A stretch of DNA of 64,000 nucleotides. Source: Octopus vulgaris. Lineage: Eukaryota. Under the pieces are notes generated by a model. The model was not told the DNA's origin, ran no database searches, and saw only the letters and a list, made by a program, of their open reading frames with translations. Of this stretch, positions 14,751 to 28,248 are shown piece after piece. Made by a program: the position numbers and the translations under genes. How positions within the stretch are numbered: position 1 is the stretch's first letter; each line of letters begins with the position of its first letter. Location of the stretch: positions 109,058,001-109,122,000 of the forward strand of contig OX597817.1 in assembly GCA_951406725.2 (NCBI GenBank), written 5' to 3'.

Positions 14751-14849
14751 TGACAGAAACCGGCAAGTCAAACGCTGAGAACTGACGCGGCAGACATGTC
14801 CATCTTATGAGATATCCGTCATCGTTCAATGACTAGTTGCATATGTTCA

Positions 14850-15215
14850 GCAGGGATAGTCGATTACAGCGATCCCAGTGCTCAACTGGTACTCTTATTA
14901 TTGAATCCGAAAGGATGAAAGGCAAAGAACTCAGCGGAATTTTAAATCAGAACGAACGACGTACCGTTAAACATCTTGCCGGTCGTGGTAACGATTCTAC
15001 CCGCTCGCCACCTTGTTACAATTTCAAATATTACATCGATTACAACAACCTTAGTACTTGACTGGTACTTTATTATTTGGATTTAGGTACTTTGAAAAAA
15101 GAAGTGTAAAAAAACGTTGATGCCCTTGAGATTTGCACTTAGATCGTAAAGAATTTGAACCAATATCATTCAACGTTTTAGTTTGCTGATATTCTTATGA
15201 TCTTTCCAGCTTACT
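14850..15215 (-). mobile_element. Two family-B SINE copies in tandem (second degenerate)
   Basis: ctggtactc...ccgaaaggatgaaaggcaaag...aacgattctac at 14850-15013, and a second ctggtacttt... copy from about 15040. Confidence 0.7.
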
Positions 15216-15717
15216 ACTCTCACAATTGAGAAACAATGATGCTTATTGTTTTATTCATATCGTTGTGTTTTATTCCAAGTAACCTTATATCTATATGAAC
15301 CCGTATTTTTGCATGCCTTTATTTTAGCCTTTTCTTTATTATTTGGTGTTCCATAAAATGGATGTTTAAGTAGAAAATAACACGTGTGACTTTTCTTTCA
15401 TTACAAAATATTGTAAACTTGTACTGACACACAGTGGAATTGCAATCAAAATACCAATTAGCAAACAATCATTGGAATGCAAAGAGTAACAGTAGTGTTA
15501 GCCTACAAGAGTCAGACATTGAAATAGGAAAGGTATGGGATGTATGTATTAGGTTACAATATAGAGAGGAAATATAGAAAGTTTTCAATGGGAGACTTGA
15601 TTTTTCTCATATTTCAAAAGAAATTTTCTTACAAAAAAGAATTGATTTTGTTTGATATGTTTGATATTTAATATGCAAAACAATAAAAGCTATTTCGTTT
15701 TTTAGCTTTTACCTCGT

Positions 15718-16090
15718 AGCAGGAAAGGTTATGCGGTTAATAAGTTCGCATTGCAGGTACGAGATTTTGGATCCAGTCCCACAACGCAGAACCTTGGACA
15801 CATGTTCTTTACTATAGCTGCGGGCTTGTGAGAAAATTCGTTTGACAGAAACTGTATGGAAGCCCATCGTAAGATTATGTACATGTGTGTATTTTTGTAT
15901 TTGTTCTCTTACTGCTTCGCAACCGGTGTTGGCTTTTTACGTCCCTCTAACCTCACGAATCTGAAAAGAAGCCGATAAAATAAGTACCAGATTTAAAAAT
16001 CGGTATTGAAGTCGATTTGGTCGACTAAACCCTTCAAAGTGGTTCCCCAATATAGCCGCAGCCAACGCCTAAAACAAGTAAAGGATTAAT
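15718..16090 (+). mobile_element. Family A tRNA SINE (CORE-like motif, internal microsatellite), diverged copy
   Basis: accttggacacatgttc...gaaactgtatggaagccc...taagtacc...gtcgatttggtcgactaaa...aaacaagtaaa matches the other family A copies. Confidence 0.75.
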
Positions 16091-17091
16091 GATAGCAAAC
16101 ACTGGTGGGTTAGAGTGGAAAATATCAGTTTAATAATCTACTTTTTAGTGGATACATAGTTATTATTTTTAACATCTGAAACTAGCACAGTCCTTTGTGC
16201 CTGTAACTGACGCTACATTTACAGCCTTTCAGCCAAACTGTTGAAAGCACAATTCAATGTTATATTTGTAAGGGACAAAATAATTCACACAATATTCTTA
16301 GCATGCATAAAGTCAAATTTACTGCGTCCATGGATCTCGAATAACTAGGATGTAATCGCCCCACTGTTTTTATTTCTTTTTTCTTCGTGTTTTCATTAGC
16401 GCTCTATCTCACAGTCGAACTATAAAAATATGCATAAATAGCTGTAGCAAGAAGACATGTTTACACATGCAAACAAGCTTTAAACAATTGCGAATCAAAT
16501 CAATAACATGACTATCTTAATTAGAACATAATAGACCGAATGAAACAATATCATGAAAAAATATAACAATAAAATTTTCCTCAATGTAACAGCCTTGTAT
16601 AAAACTGTTCAATATAATATAAAATCAACAATACTGCTGCAATTTTTCTCAATTTATATAACACATGTTAAGAACAAAAGATTCATTTAAATCATGCCAA
16701 AATTAAACCTACATTAAATTATAAAGTTCATAAGGTATACAAAAATGTATGGAAATATAAAAGCATTTACGCATTCGTATATTTGTGTGTGGGGGGGAGC
16801 GTGCATATGTATAATAGGTGTGTGTGTTTATGTGCGTGTGGGGGCATCTCTGTATAAGTGTCTGCAGAAACACATAAATATAATATTTGCAATAAGATGT
16901 CTGTTGATCTATATGTTTACCAGAGACTGAACAGAAATTATATCGATGCAACTTGCACGAGTGTGTGTATGCGTGTCAGTGCGTGCATGTACATACGTAA
17001 AATGCAGATAAACTATGCACTTTGTAATAATTTTTATGGTGGACGCCGTTTATAGAATCGATCAATACGAAACAATACAGAGAGAGAGAGC

Positions 17092-17149
<58 letters not shown>

Positions 17150-18079
17150 GAAAGACAGAGAGAGAGACAGATGAGAAAAGTTCGATGGTGTAATATTTAG
17201 ACCCTGCATACATTGACTAAGAATGCTCTCATTCAACTTCAAATACACTCTTGTACTCTTCAGCATTGACACGGACTATTCTCCCACTCATATGGCAAAG
17301 CGGTTTTTGTTCAACAACACGCACACACTCACACACACACACACACAGATGCACACACTCACACATATGTGTACATATGCATGTGTATATAGTACAAGTT
17401 CATGTATCTGCCATTTGATCACTCTCGGTTTAAGGTTTTTTATTTCGTCACTTATTGACTATCTCTAATGCAAAACTATGCACTGAATAACCTCTCTCTA
17501 CAAAGATCAAAAACAATACTACTGTCAAAACATTATTTTTAAGGAAGCGTTTTAGTTCACATGCATGTAAATGTTTGTCTGTGCTCGTGTGTAAAAGCAT
17601 GTTCAACATCTTCGTGCACACTTGAACGCGCGAAAACGTTTCGCTTTAGAAGTAGTCTCGGGAGAAAAAATTCTCATGGATAATGTGTGTGAAAGTACAT
17701 CATCGGAGCAATTAATGATTATCCATGTTTCATTTAACGCTGACGCATGTTCCTCTAGATAATGTATATGTGTGTATATACGTGTGTGTATGGGTGTGCG
17801 TGAGTGTGTGAGCGTGTGTGCGCGCTGGCACTAAATCAATTTCTTATAACTAGTGTGTTGGATGTGATATGCTGTTGAGCCATTTACAGAGATTGTTTAA
17901 TATGTAGTTGTGCCGTGGAGATTGAGTGAAAAACATGAAACATATCTAATCTAGGGTGCAAGCAATTGCTACATAGACGTGTATAATATTGGTGAATTGA
18001 ATTACTCACAATCGAATAAATTGTATGTATGTATGTATTTATTTATGTATGTATCTATCTATCTACCTTTCTCTATTTC

Positions 18080-18136
<57 letters not shown>

Positions 18137-19533
18137 TTATCTATCCATCCCTTCCTCTCGGAATATATATAATGTGTCGGGATATTGACAGGGTCTAGAA
18201 AGACAACAAGTTAACGTGTTGTGAAAAAGTTGTTCTCCTGTCAGGAAAACCGAAAATGGTCTCCAATCATGGAAACCTCAGCGGTCAAGTTGAAATGAGG
18301 TAAAAACTACTTTAAACACTATTACCAAGACTGGGTTATTTTACGAGACGGGTAAATCCATACGCCTCCGATTTTCGAGTAATTCAATATCTAAACCGAG
18401 CAAAAACAAAAAAAATTATACTGGAAAATGCTTTATAGCACCAACACAAACGAGTTACCATGTCATCTACATATTTTATAATTGTCCAGACATTTTCTCG
18501 TGATATTTTCTGTGAGCTCCAAAGTATATCAGCAAACATAACAGTATGGGTTTTGAAAAGCTCGACGGCTTTAACTCTGCAATTGTTGTCATAGATGACT
18601 TGCTTGTCTATGAAATTCTATTCGCCATCAATGAGTCTCACCAACCCTCCATTGTGCTTTACAGTGTTTACAAACTTTGGTGTCCTACGATGTCATCTCA
18701 GAACAATTATAAAAACTGTCAATAGCACGTAAATTGTTGGGTGTCGATACCATTAAGAATCTCCTGGTATGTTTTCTGGTATGGGCTGATTATAAAATTG
18801 CTCGAAAATTTGAGATATTTTGGTTTATCAATATCATTTTCATTTATGTCCGAATGTTTTCATTTCAGAATCACTAAAATCTTCATAAATCTGTTAAAAT
18901 TACCATAAAAGCTTACCCACCTCCACTTCATGTCTACTGAAAGACTAAGGGTAAAGAACTTATCATTTTTCTTCAACTTTATCTTCCCTTCAGTAAACTA
19001 TTCCCGTCAAAGCATTTTATTTGAAGAATTAGAATTTACTTTCTAAAACTGAGAGAAATCCATATCTCCTAAGAATATACCAATATTTTTATAGTATACC
19101 TTGTGACTACAGTTTCAAGAAAGCACTAACAGACATATTTCTTTCTTACTATTACTCACAGTATGTGTCCTACAGCACATTTTTCTTGCCATCACCTTGT
19201 ATAAATCCATCTAATGTAGAAACGTTAATAATGCACACAGCTTTTATGCAATCATAATTTTGAATACACTACTTAGTTCATTTATACTACAGTTAACTAA
19301 AGTTACGCTAATAACTCATTCTATTCTAATGCATTTGATTGTGTGCTATTTCTTTAATAAAACATTTATTACCGGTTTACTACATTTTCTTAACCATCAT
19401 CTTCATAGGTCTTTTTATAAAGCTTTAATTTGAGTTCTGTTAAAACAATTTCCTTTCCAGAAATTAAGAGTAATAGAAAACCTCATTACTTGTTTACGTC
19501 AACACATTACATAAACACAGAGAGAAAGTGATG

Positions 19534-19623
<90 letters not shown>

Positions 19624-20154
19624 CAGAGAGAGAGAGAGAGAGAAAGATAAATAGATACATACATACGGACAGACAGACAGAAGGATTGACAGGCAGATAG
19701 ACAAATAGATGGACAAACAGATAAATAGGTAGATAAATAGCTAGCTAGCTAGATAGATAGATAGATAGATAGCTGCATACATAGATATACATACATATAT
19801 GTGGATATTTTACATAACAGTGTCTCACAACCTTAACACGAAACACCACTTCTATCACAACTACTCATTCACTTTTACGTCATAATCACATATTCTCAAC
19901 TTCGCGCATCCACGCCTTTCTTACATACGTTATCATTAAGCATGCACGTCACTATATCTCTGTATTTTCACGCCAGTGCACACATACAGGCACAGAAGCA
20001 TCGCTTGTCTATTCTTTACTGCCCTGCAGAGCATCTCTCTCACCTGGCCACTAATTCCTCACCGTATTTTTTATTGTAACCATTTTCCTCTTTCAAATTC
20101 CTCCTACACATTTCTATTCTTTTTCTCTAACAAAGGATTAATGACCAAAACGAT

Positions 20155-20199
<45 letters not shown>

Positions 20200-20212
20200 T
20201 TATTTATATATA

Positions 20213-20254
<42 letters not shown>

Positions 20255-20977
20255 TATGTATGTATGTATATAATTGATGAAGGAAACCGAAAATGTTTGT
20301 CCATCTATTTATCTACCTGTCTATCCTTTTGTCTGTCTATGTATGTATCTATCTGTCTATCTATTTATATATATCATACAAAATATTCCACGTAACCTAT
20401 CTTTAAATATTTCACGTTAACTACCTTTAAATATAAGGAGTTACAAACATTTTACTTGTGTTATTTTTTGCTAGCCTGATAACTCTATCTATTTTTTCCG
20501 TGTTAAATATTAACAACGGAAAAATACACACATCTATTTATATATATGTATATATATATATTTATGTATATATATGTACGTCTATATATGTCGTCATGTC
20601 AACGAATGTATACTCATCCGTCTTCCTTTTAACTTTCAAGTCTTATCAATTGACAGGTTTTACTTTCTATCCTTTATTGTTTTAATTTATGTTATATGTA
20701 GCCAGCCCCACTTCAACCTATAACCCCAGTATTATTCTGCTCTCAGTCAGTATACCCACATACTACGCGAGAGTACAAAATGCCTGAAGGAGCTCAATTT
20801 ATGTTGTAGGATATCTTTTATACCAAACAGCTGAGGAGCCACAAATTGTACTGATTGATGCAACACACCTAGATGCATAATATCCTAAGCGCAAGGGACA
20901 GCTGCACGATGCGTCGAAACGATTGTCTCTACCATGAATAAAAATTCGTACCAAATCCATTTACGGTTTCCTTCATC

Positions 20978-21047
<70 letters not shown>

Positions 21048-21051
<4 letters not shown>

Positions 21052-21175
21052 AGAGTTTACGAAAATAACAAAAGACGAAGTCAGGTGATGTACAAAACAA
21101 ACAGATGTATTAGTATAACGGTCAGGGATAGAAAAAGTCTCTTACGTTTCGAGCCTACGCTCTTGTACAGAAAAA
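21048..21175 (-). mobile_element. Solo pLTR-like element with variant hammerhead, embedded in (TA)n
   Basis: Minus strand ctgtaca a gagc gtag gctc GAAA cgta. Perfect stem II and GAAA, but the CUGANGA box is altered. Confidence 0.55.
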
Positions 21176-21212
21176 ATGTGTGTAGTGGCTAACGATCTTT
21201 CATGGTGTCTGG

Positions 21213-21280
<68 letters not shown>

Positions 21281-21300
21281 GATGTATGTATGTATGTGTT

Positions 21301-21393
<93 letters not shown>

Positions 21394-21402
21394 CATATAT
21401 AT

Positions 21403-21481
<79 letters not shown>

Positions 21482-22728
21482 CGAGTGTACATATGTGTAT
21501 GTTATCTGTGAAATCACGTCAACCAGCAGTGGATATTTTTTGTTGAAAATTGCGTATGTCTGTTAATTATAATACTCTAGATTTCAATGCAGATTGTAAA
21601 AAATTTACATAAATTAATTAACATTATATACAAGCTTTATCTGTGAAACTATATTTTCAAATATCGCAATTTCCGAAATTTAATGTCACATAAGGATAAC
21701 AAATGCTGTTGAAAAAAAATAGTCATAACGACAGACAAGAGAAGGTTTGTATAGGGTAAATATCAGAAATATCGAGTGAAACCATACATACTTCAACCTT
21801 GTACGTACATCATATCTATATATAGATCATATACATCATATATATATATGTATATATACATATATCGCGCGCGCAAATCTAAATTTCCACTTCTTTGCGC
21901 CGTTTTATGTTAAAACGACAGGCAGGCTGCTAAACGTTTCAATAAATATTGATTAATGAAAACAGCTCCGAACATAGACGAGTGATGAGGCCTGTATGAT
22001 TGACTAAAACCAGTCTATACAGAACTGAGGCATGGTAACATTGCGGTGACTGGAAGCATTAGAATAATAAACGAAAAATATCTAGAAACGTAGAAATATA
22101 TGATCAATTATACACCAATCACTTGATAGAATATCCTTAGCCTGGAGACTCATACTGGAGTCTCTCTCTCCCTCCTTCACTCGCCTTCGCTCCTCTCTCT
22201 CTCTCTCTCTCTCTCTCGCACTGTATCTCAGTGTGTGTTTCCGTAGGATTCGATATTGCATTGGTAATATATTATACGCTGTCAAGGAACACACTATCTG
22301 GCATTTTGTTGATTTCTAGCTTGCATGTAAGGTTATTCATTGAATCGTGGTATTTCATTCAATATCACGGGAGCTATCGACTAACATGAGATTATAAACC
22401 TGAAAATACCGAGATAGAGCGTCTACATGGCCACTAGAAAAAGAGATCAAATCAACATTACATTACACATTACCATTTAAACAATAGAAAGATACCATTG
22501 TCAATAAAGTCATTGATATACTAAAACAGAGGATGGACACGACAGCAATATCTTGAATCATAGGTCTGTATAAGACAGCTGATCCGGGATTAAGTTATGA
22601 CGCTGAAGTACATAGTCTACGTAAGTGAACATATTTGTTAGAGCTGCAACAGTACAGTATAATGCAATGGCAAAATTCATATGAAATAAAAAGCAGAATG
22701 TCTTCCTATTAATCATGTCTAATTATGT

Positions 22729-22806
<78 letters not shown>

Positions 22807-22932
22807 GTTTGATATATACATACATACATACATAAATACATAAATGAGAAACATTTCATATTCTTATGTAATTCGATATTGAGAAAATGTTCCAACAAAA
22901 TGGCAGCTGCTGCTTCAAATAAAAAGGATATT

Positions 22933-22980
<48 letters not shown>

Positions 22981-23032
22981 CGCGCGCGCGTGTGTGTGCG
23001 TGCGTGTGTGCGTGCGTGTGTGCGTGCGTGTG
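22933..23032. repeat. Alternating purine-pyrimidine tract with a (CG)n core
   Basis: (TG)n followed by a GC run at 22972-22990, then (TGCG/TG)n. Confidence 0.95.
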
Positions 23033-23049
23033 TTCAGGTGTTAATATCG

Positions 23050-23610
23050 CCATTATTGTCTTCATTATCATTAATACGATAATCTTCATTTTACGATCGT
23101 TTTTCCCTGCATACCTACATTGCTCGGGATCTTTTCTCTTTCGGAATCTCACAAAATCCATGCGGTTAGTTGTAGTATTTTTAAACAGTAGTTCAGTCTC
23201 TTACCATTTTCAAATCGGTTTACCCACCCCATTTTTTCTGCATCTAGTTCGATCGTCTTCGGCAGTTTTCTACACTTTGTATTACTTGGTACTTCCCTAA
23301 CCATCAATTGCCTTCCATATGTACCATATGTCTGCACCAATGTATTCTTCAATCTTCCGCACTATAGCTGGTTCCTTGTATACTCACTTTTTCTCTTAGC
23401 TCATTTTTGCTTTATTATTCATGGAAACTAACATTACATGTTCAAAGAGGTATAGTTACCTCATTTCATTCTAGACTTCGCATGTCTAAATATCCAGTCC
23501 CATATGTCTATAATACAACACTTCGTTCAAAAGAGTGATGCTGTCTGCCCGCAATTGCGACAGAGAATCTCCCGTTTCACACAAAAGTAAGAGCGTCCTG
23601 GACATTTCGC
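23050..23610 (-). mobile_element. RTE-clade LINE 3' remnant
   Basis: Decayed RTE C-terminus (LLLL..GDSL, ..NEMR..LFEHVMLVS, RCRKNGVGKP ~ GRGRP) ending in an ATG-like tail. Confidence 0.5.
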
Positions 23611-23635
23611 CTTATCTAGCCACTATGCTTTCAGG

Positions 23636-23800
23636 AGCGGGAAATTGGCAGAAATGTTAGAGCGTTGTGTGACACACCTTGTCTTTATTCGTTCCGGCTT
23701 TCTGCTCTCTGAGCTCAGATCCTGATGAGGTCAACCATTTTCCCTTTCTTTCTTGGTCAATAAATAAACTAACTCTCCAGCATCGGGATCGACTCTGTAC
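23636..23800 (+). mobile_element. Family-B SINE, diverged (the only + strand copy seen)
   Basis: gcgggaaattggcagaaatgttagagc...ctgagctcagatcc...gaggtcaac...ggtcaataaataaac. Confidence 0.55.
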
Positions 23801-24928
23801 TCTCTTTACTTCTTTGGATAGTAACTGTAATTCAAAGTACAAGTCTTATTGTACTGTGTCTCGCTGGCGCAAAATTGAACCTGATAATGACGTTAAGAGT
23901 CCACGTAATTGTGAAATGTTCAGTTCCTTGCTAAGTAATTTTACCAGTGGAAATGCAATTAGTGTAACAAATCAGTGCCCTTCGGTGAGATTGATGGAGA
24001 ATCCACTATTCTTTCAAAGCTTCCATCAGCAATGGTAATTTGTGATTAAGGTAACAGAATCTGTCGGCATCTATAATAAATGAGCCTTCCAGAAATTTAA
24101 ATTAGTAAACCAAGTGTTCTCAATGCTGATTGCCCTTGTGCACATGTTGCAAAGAATTTCTACTTTGTAAGACTGCCTGGGATAACATTTTATCTTTTAT
24201 GCAACCAAAATTTATAATCTGTACGCTGCTTGGAATTTCTTCCGATTCATTTTCTCATATCGCGTATAACTATTTTGAGAGGGTGGCAGACTTCGGTCTA
24301 ATTATATTTTTATTAACTAAAACCTTTAGCTTTGTTAGGTTTATTTAATACCTATTGCTTCAAGTAATTGCCACACGGCTTACAGGATTTTTTCTCTAAT
24401 TCTTCGACAGCTTTACCTATGATTAAGCTTATCGCAATTACATTCGAAATATCTGCCACACGCTCACACGTACACAACCTTTGAAAATTACAAGTATTTT
24501 GTAAATTAAAAAGTACTTTGTTATCAAAAGTATGCAGGTTAGATTTTACGGTTTTCTCTTATAAATAGATTGTGGATTTTTAAACGCTGTAGCCAATTTT
24601 GAAAATGGTTGCATTTTAAGAAGCTAGCTAGCTTGATTTAAGACTTTTGGGGTAATTACTGATAGAATTAATTACTTTTCTAAACAATAAATACCTTTCT
24701 CATAATACAATATTCTGTGTACAAATGTTATATTTTCGACCAATAAAATCCCTTCATTTCAAACTTATTCTATCAAACCGTTTCTACTAACTTAAACATC
24801 TGCAATGTTTAAGAATGTAATATATAATGGTAATTATAATGGTACTTATTGATTAAACTCATTTCACCTTTTTGGAATTTAAGAGTTTGCACACATAAAT
24901 ACACATACACTAACACACATATATGTGT

Positions 24929-24981
<53 letters not shown>

Positions 24982-25134
24982 ACTACCCAAATACCGAAAG
25001 AACACACATTTCAACGGATGCTAATGGTGGCGAGAAACTGGAGTCTAGTGAATGGATATGTGAGCATGTGTGTATATGTACACACACACAAACACACACA
25101 CACACATACACACACATACAGACACACATATATG

Positions 25135-25545
25135 TAGGCGCATAAGTGGCTGTGTGTTGAGAAGCTTCCTTCCCGGCCACATGGTTCCGAGTTCAGCCCC
25201 ACTGTGTAGCACCTTGGGCAAGTGTCTTCTACTTTAGCCTCGGGCCGACCAAAGCCTTGTGAGTGGATTTGGTAGACGGAAACTGAAAGAAGCACATCAT
25301 ATACATATGCGTATGTATGTGTGTGTCTGTGTGTGTATTTGTGTGTCTGTGTTAGTCCCCCACCATCGCTTGTCGTCCGATGCTGCTGTGTTTACGTCCC
25401 CGCAACTTAGCGGTTCGGAAAAAGAGACCGATAACATAAGTATTAGGCTTAGAAAGAATAAGTCCTGGGATCGATTTGTTCGACTAAAGGCGGTGCAGCA
25501 GCACGGCCGCAGTCAAATGACTGAAACAAGTAAACGAATAAAAAA
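25135..25545 (+). mobile_element. Family A tRNA SINE, full length
   Basis: gtggctgtgtg...ggttccgagttcagccccactg...ttgggcaagtgtcttc...ggatttggtagacggaaactgaaagaagc, (TG)n, then ...gactgaaacaagtaaa. Confidence 0.92.
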
Positions 25546-25888
25546 TAAAATAATATATATATATATATATATATATACATACATACATGTAGAATACTAT
25601 TTGGATAATAATCTTATATCGTTCTTTCCAATGTTCTTCAACTAGTATCGCCTACCAGATGATATCATACAGCAGGACTTTACCTTTAACTTGATATACG
25701 TGCGAAAATCCACGAGTATCCACAGAGTTTATACAAATGGATTTTAATATTAGTAGATGGAATGAATAGGCTTTATTACAAATCACCGCAAGTATTGCGG
25801 CGCCTCAGTAACAGCTGGTAATTGCTGTATGTTACATATATTATACAGATTATCGCATTAATATGATCCCCACAATTGCTGTATACAT

Positions 25889-26017
25889 GAACAAACAGAG
25901 AAACGAGTCATGCAACAAAAAGAATATTCCCCTTCTTCAGTTGTCTCTGTTTCATCTACTCCGTTTTTTTCGAAGGCAAGGACAATACGCGACTTCATGA
26001 AACAATCCTTCCCGCAA

Positions 26018-26066
<49 letters not shown>

Positions 26067-26088
26067 ACTTTTACTAGTTCTATAAAGG
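25889..26088. repeat. About 200-bp direct repeat, copy 1 (copy 2 at 29575-29786)
   Basis: Near-identical from gaacaaacagagaaacgagtc through (TA)n(TG)n to acttttactagttctataaagg. Confidence 0.9.
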
Positions 26089-26896
26089 TGAGTAGATTCC
26101 AAAGCACTGCTAGATCATCTTTCGCTTCTCCCTGTTTTATACCCACACCACTAAGGAATTTCGAGCATTTCATTGACGAAAAAGAATTCGCCAATATAAT
26201 GAGACAGAAATGAAAAAACAAATTCCAAAAGTAAATAAATTGATTGAAATAAAAATGAAAAAATAAACTCCTTATGCACTCCATTCTTAACCACGGATTT
26301 GTCTCCATTTTTAGGAAAATAAATTAACGTTCTAAGATAATAATGTCGTAAAAAGGTAAATATCTCTTACCGTTCCGCTTCGAAGGCAATCAGTAAGATA
26401 TGGTCAGTTCTTTAACACAGCAAAAGACAAAAACCTGAGTCCATCCAGTTTTAATTTTGCTTCTATAGTACTGTCGCTTGGCTTTGTCATAAAAGAAGCT
26501 ATTAAATCAAGAAGATTTACCACTACCCACTCTTATGCATACGTATAAATTTATTTAACATTAATATTCTTACGTATATACATACATATATCTATCTAAG
26601 GCTGCACACACTTTTTCTACTCTCATGAATATATATCATTTTATGTTCCTTTACATAAATGCCTACAAAAACGCTCATATCTAAATATTTTTTGTCACAT
26701 TTATATCTATTTATTTAGAATTTTGAGTACATGCTCAAAAATGAAATGCAATATTATAGGGTAACCTTATTTATTCGTTTCGACCTACATGTTTTATGTA
26801 TCGTGATATGGCCATTCACATGTAATGATAATACTATGGAAATACATGCCACATTCATTCTATAAACAGATGTTGCAAGTATATATATATATATAC

Positions 26897-27061
26897 ATAG
26901 CTGAAGGATTAAAATTAATCAAAGGACATACTAAGTATGTCTACCAGCTGGAAATAACAGTCAAAATTCTTATTTAAATCGCCAATAAGTGTTTTGACTG
27001 TTATTTCCAGCAGGTAGACATACTTAGTATGTCCTTTGATTAGTTTTATTCCTTCAGCTAT
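26897..27061. repeat. Hairpin: 70-bp inverted arms with a 25-nt loop
   Basis: 26897-26966 is the reverse complement of 26992-27061 with few mismatches. Each arm contains the near-palindrome gacatact-N-agtatgtc. Confidence 0.92.
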
Positions 27062-27240
27062 TTAATGCTTTTCTTGGGCATGCAATCGCCTATATTATTG
27101 ATTATGTTATTACCATTTTTTTAATAGTCATTCCAGATAAAAACAAAATTAATAATATCATAGCAAATTAATTATTCGATAAATATTTTTTTTGTCAATT
27201 GTTTGTCCTTGTATATACACACACACACACACACACACAC

Positions 27241-27345
<105 letters not shown>

Positions 27346-28245
27346 CTAGCAGATAGCAGATATACCCGCTGTTGCTCGGGTTAAAGAGTATACTGAAATT
27401 TTAAAACGCCATCTAGATTACGCATGTGCATGTCTCAACTGCTAGTAACTGAAATACCAACATTCTACGTGAATAACTCTCCAGCCCACGTGAACATAGA
27501 ACATAGATGTTTAGTGAAATGTTAAAAGCAAGTTTTCAAATTATATATGTATATAAATAAATATACGTGCTTCAAAAACACGTTTTGTGTAGATTATTTC
27601 GTAACCAAAAGACAGAAACAGATTATAAACAATGAAGGCCGATTTTGGTGATTCATTTGACAGAGGTAGTAGAGAGCCAATCCAACCTTGGATCTTGAAA
27701 GTTTGCCTGAATCCTGGCTCATTTAAATCTCTTGTTGCTCGAAATGATGTCATCTGTAATACAGCACTGTATTGTCTAATTTTGTTTTAGAAGTTCTTAG
27801 AATCTTGGTCAGTTAATGGCAGCAGTGTCTTCAATGGCTCTGGACGTTGGGGGAATTGCATGGAGTTTAACTTTTTCATCACTGCAGCACAGTGTAGATG
27901 TCTCTCCAGGCCACATCCTTGCTTTATAATGTATTCATGTATGCACTCAGTTGTCATTTCACCAATGGAAACTCTAGTGTCATCTGCATAATGAACTTCT
28001 GGATCACAATTGAAAGCTGCTTCATTGAATTTGCTTCTCTTAGCTGTTGCAACTGCTCTTCGTTTTGCAGTGGAGATCCTATTCCTTGTCAGTCACTTTG
28101 AGATGCTCTGGCTTTTGTAGTGCACGGTTTGTTCGTTTCTTGGTATGCTTCCCTTTCTGCAGCTGTCTCTCTTTCCCTGGACAGGGACATTCTTTTGGCT
28201 GACCTTGACATGTATTATTTAAAAGTTTGATTCGGCTCACAATCC
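27346..28245 (-). mobile_element. Helitron fragment: Rep N-terminal region joined to a canonical 3' end
   Basis: CSDEKVKL..PLKTLL..DSKNF..IRQY..QMTSF..GFRQTFKIQG..IGSLLP matches the RepHel N-terminus. Minus-strand hairpin acccg..cgggt (27364-27381) followed by CTAG|T at 27346-27349. Confidence 0.85.
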
Positions 28246-28248
28246 TCT

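Noticed and set aside
18160-18850. Possible non-autonomous DNA transposon with subterminal inverted motifs
   Set aside because: Only a short imperfect inverted match (about 18365-18385 versus 18795-18815); no clear TIR or target-site duplication.
21982-22028. Box C/D snoRNA (gtgatga...ctga)
   Set aside because: Only about 47 nt, with no terminal stem or recognisable antisense element.
23723-23740. ctgatgaggtc as a hammerhead core
   Set aside because: It is a mutated position within a family-B SINE and has no downstream GAAA.
25925-25985. Type II hammerhead in the 200-bp repeat (minus strand ccttcgaaa...ctgaagaagg), similar motif at about 37275-37328
   Set aside because: No proper UH cleavage triplet or stem I, and the stem II register is inconsistent with the core.
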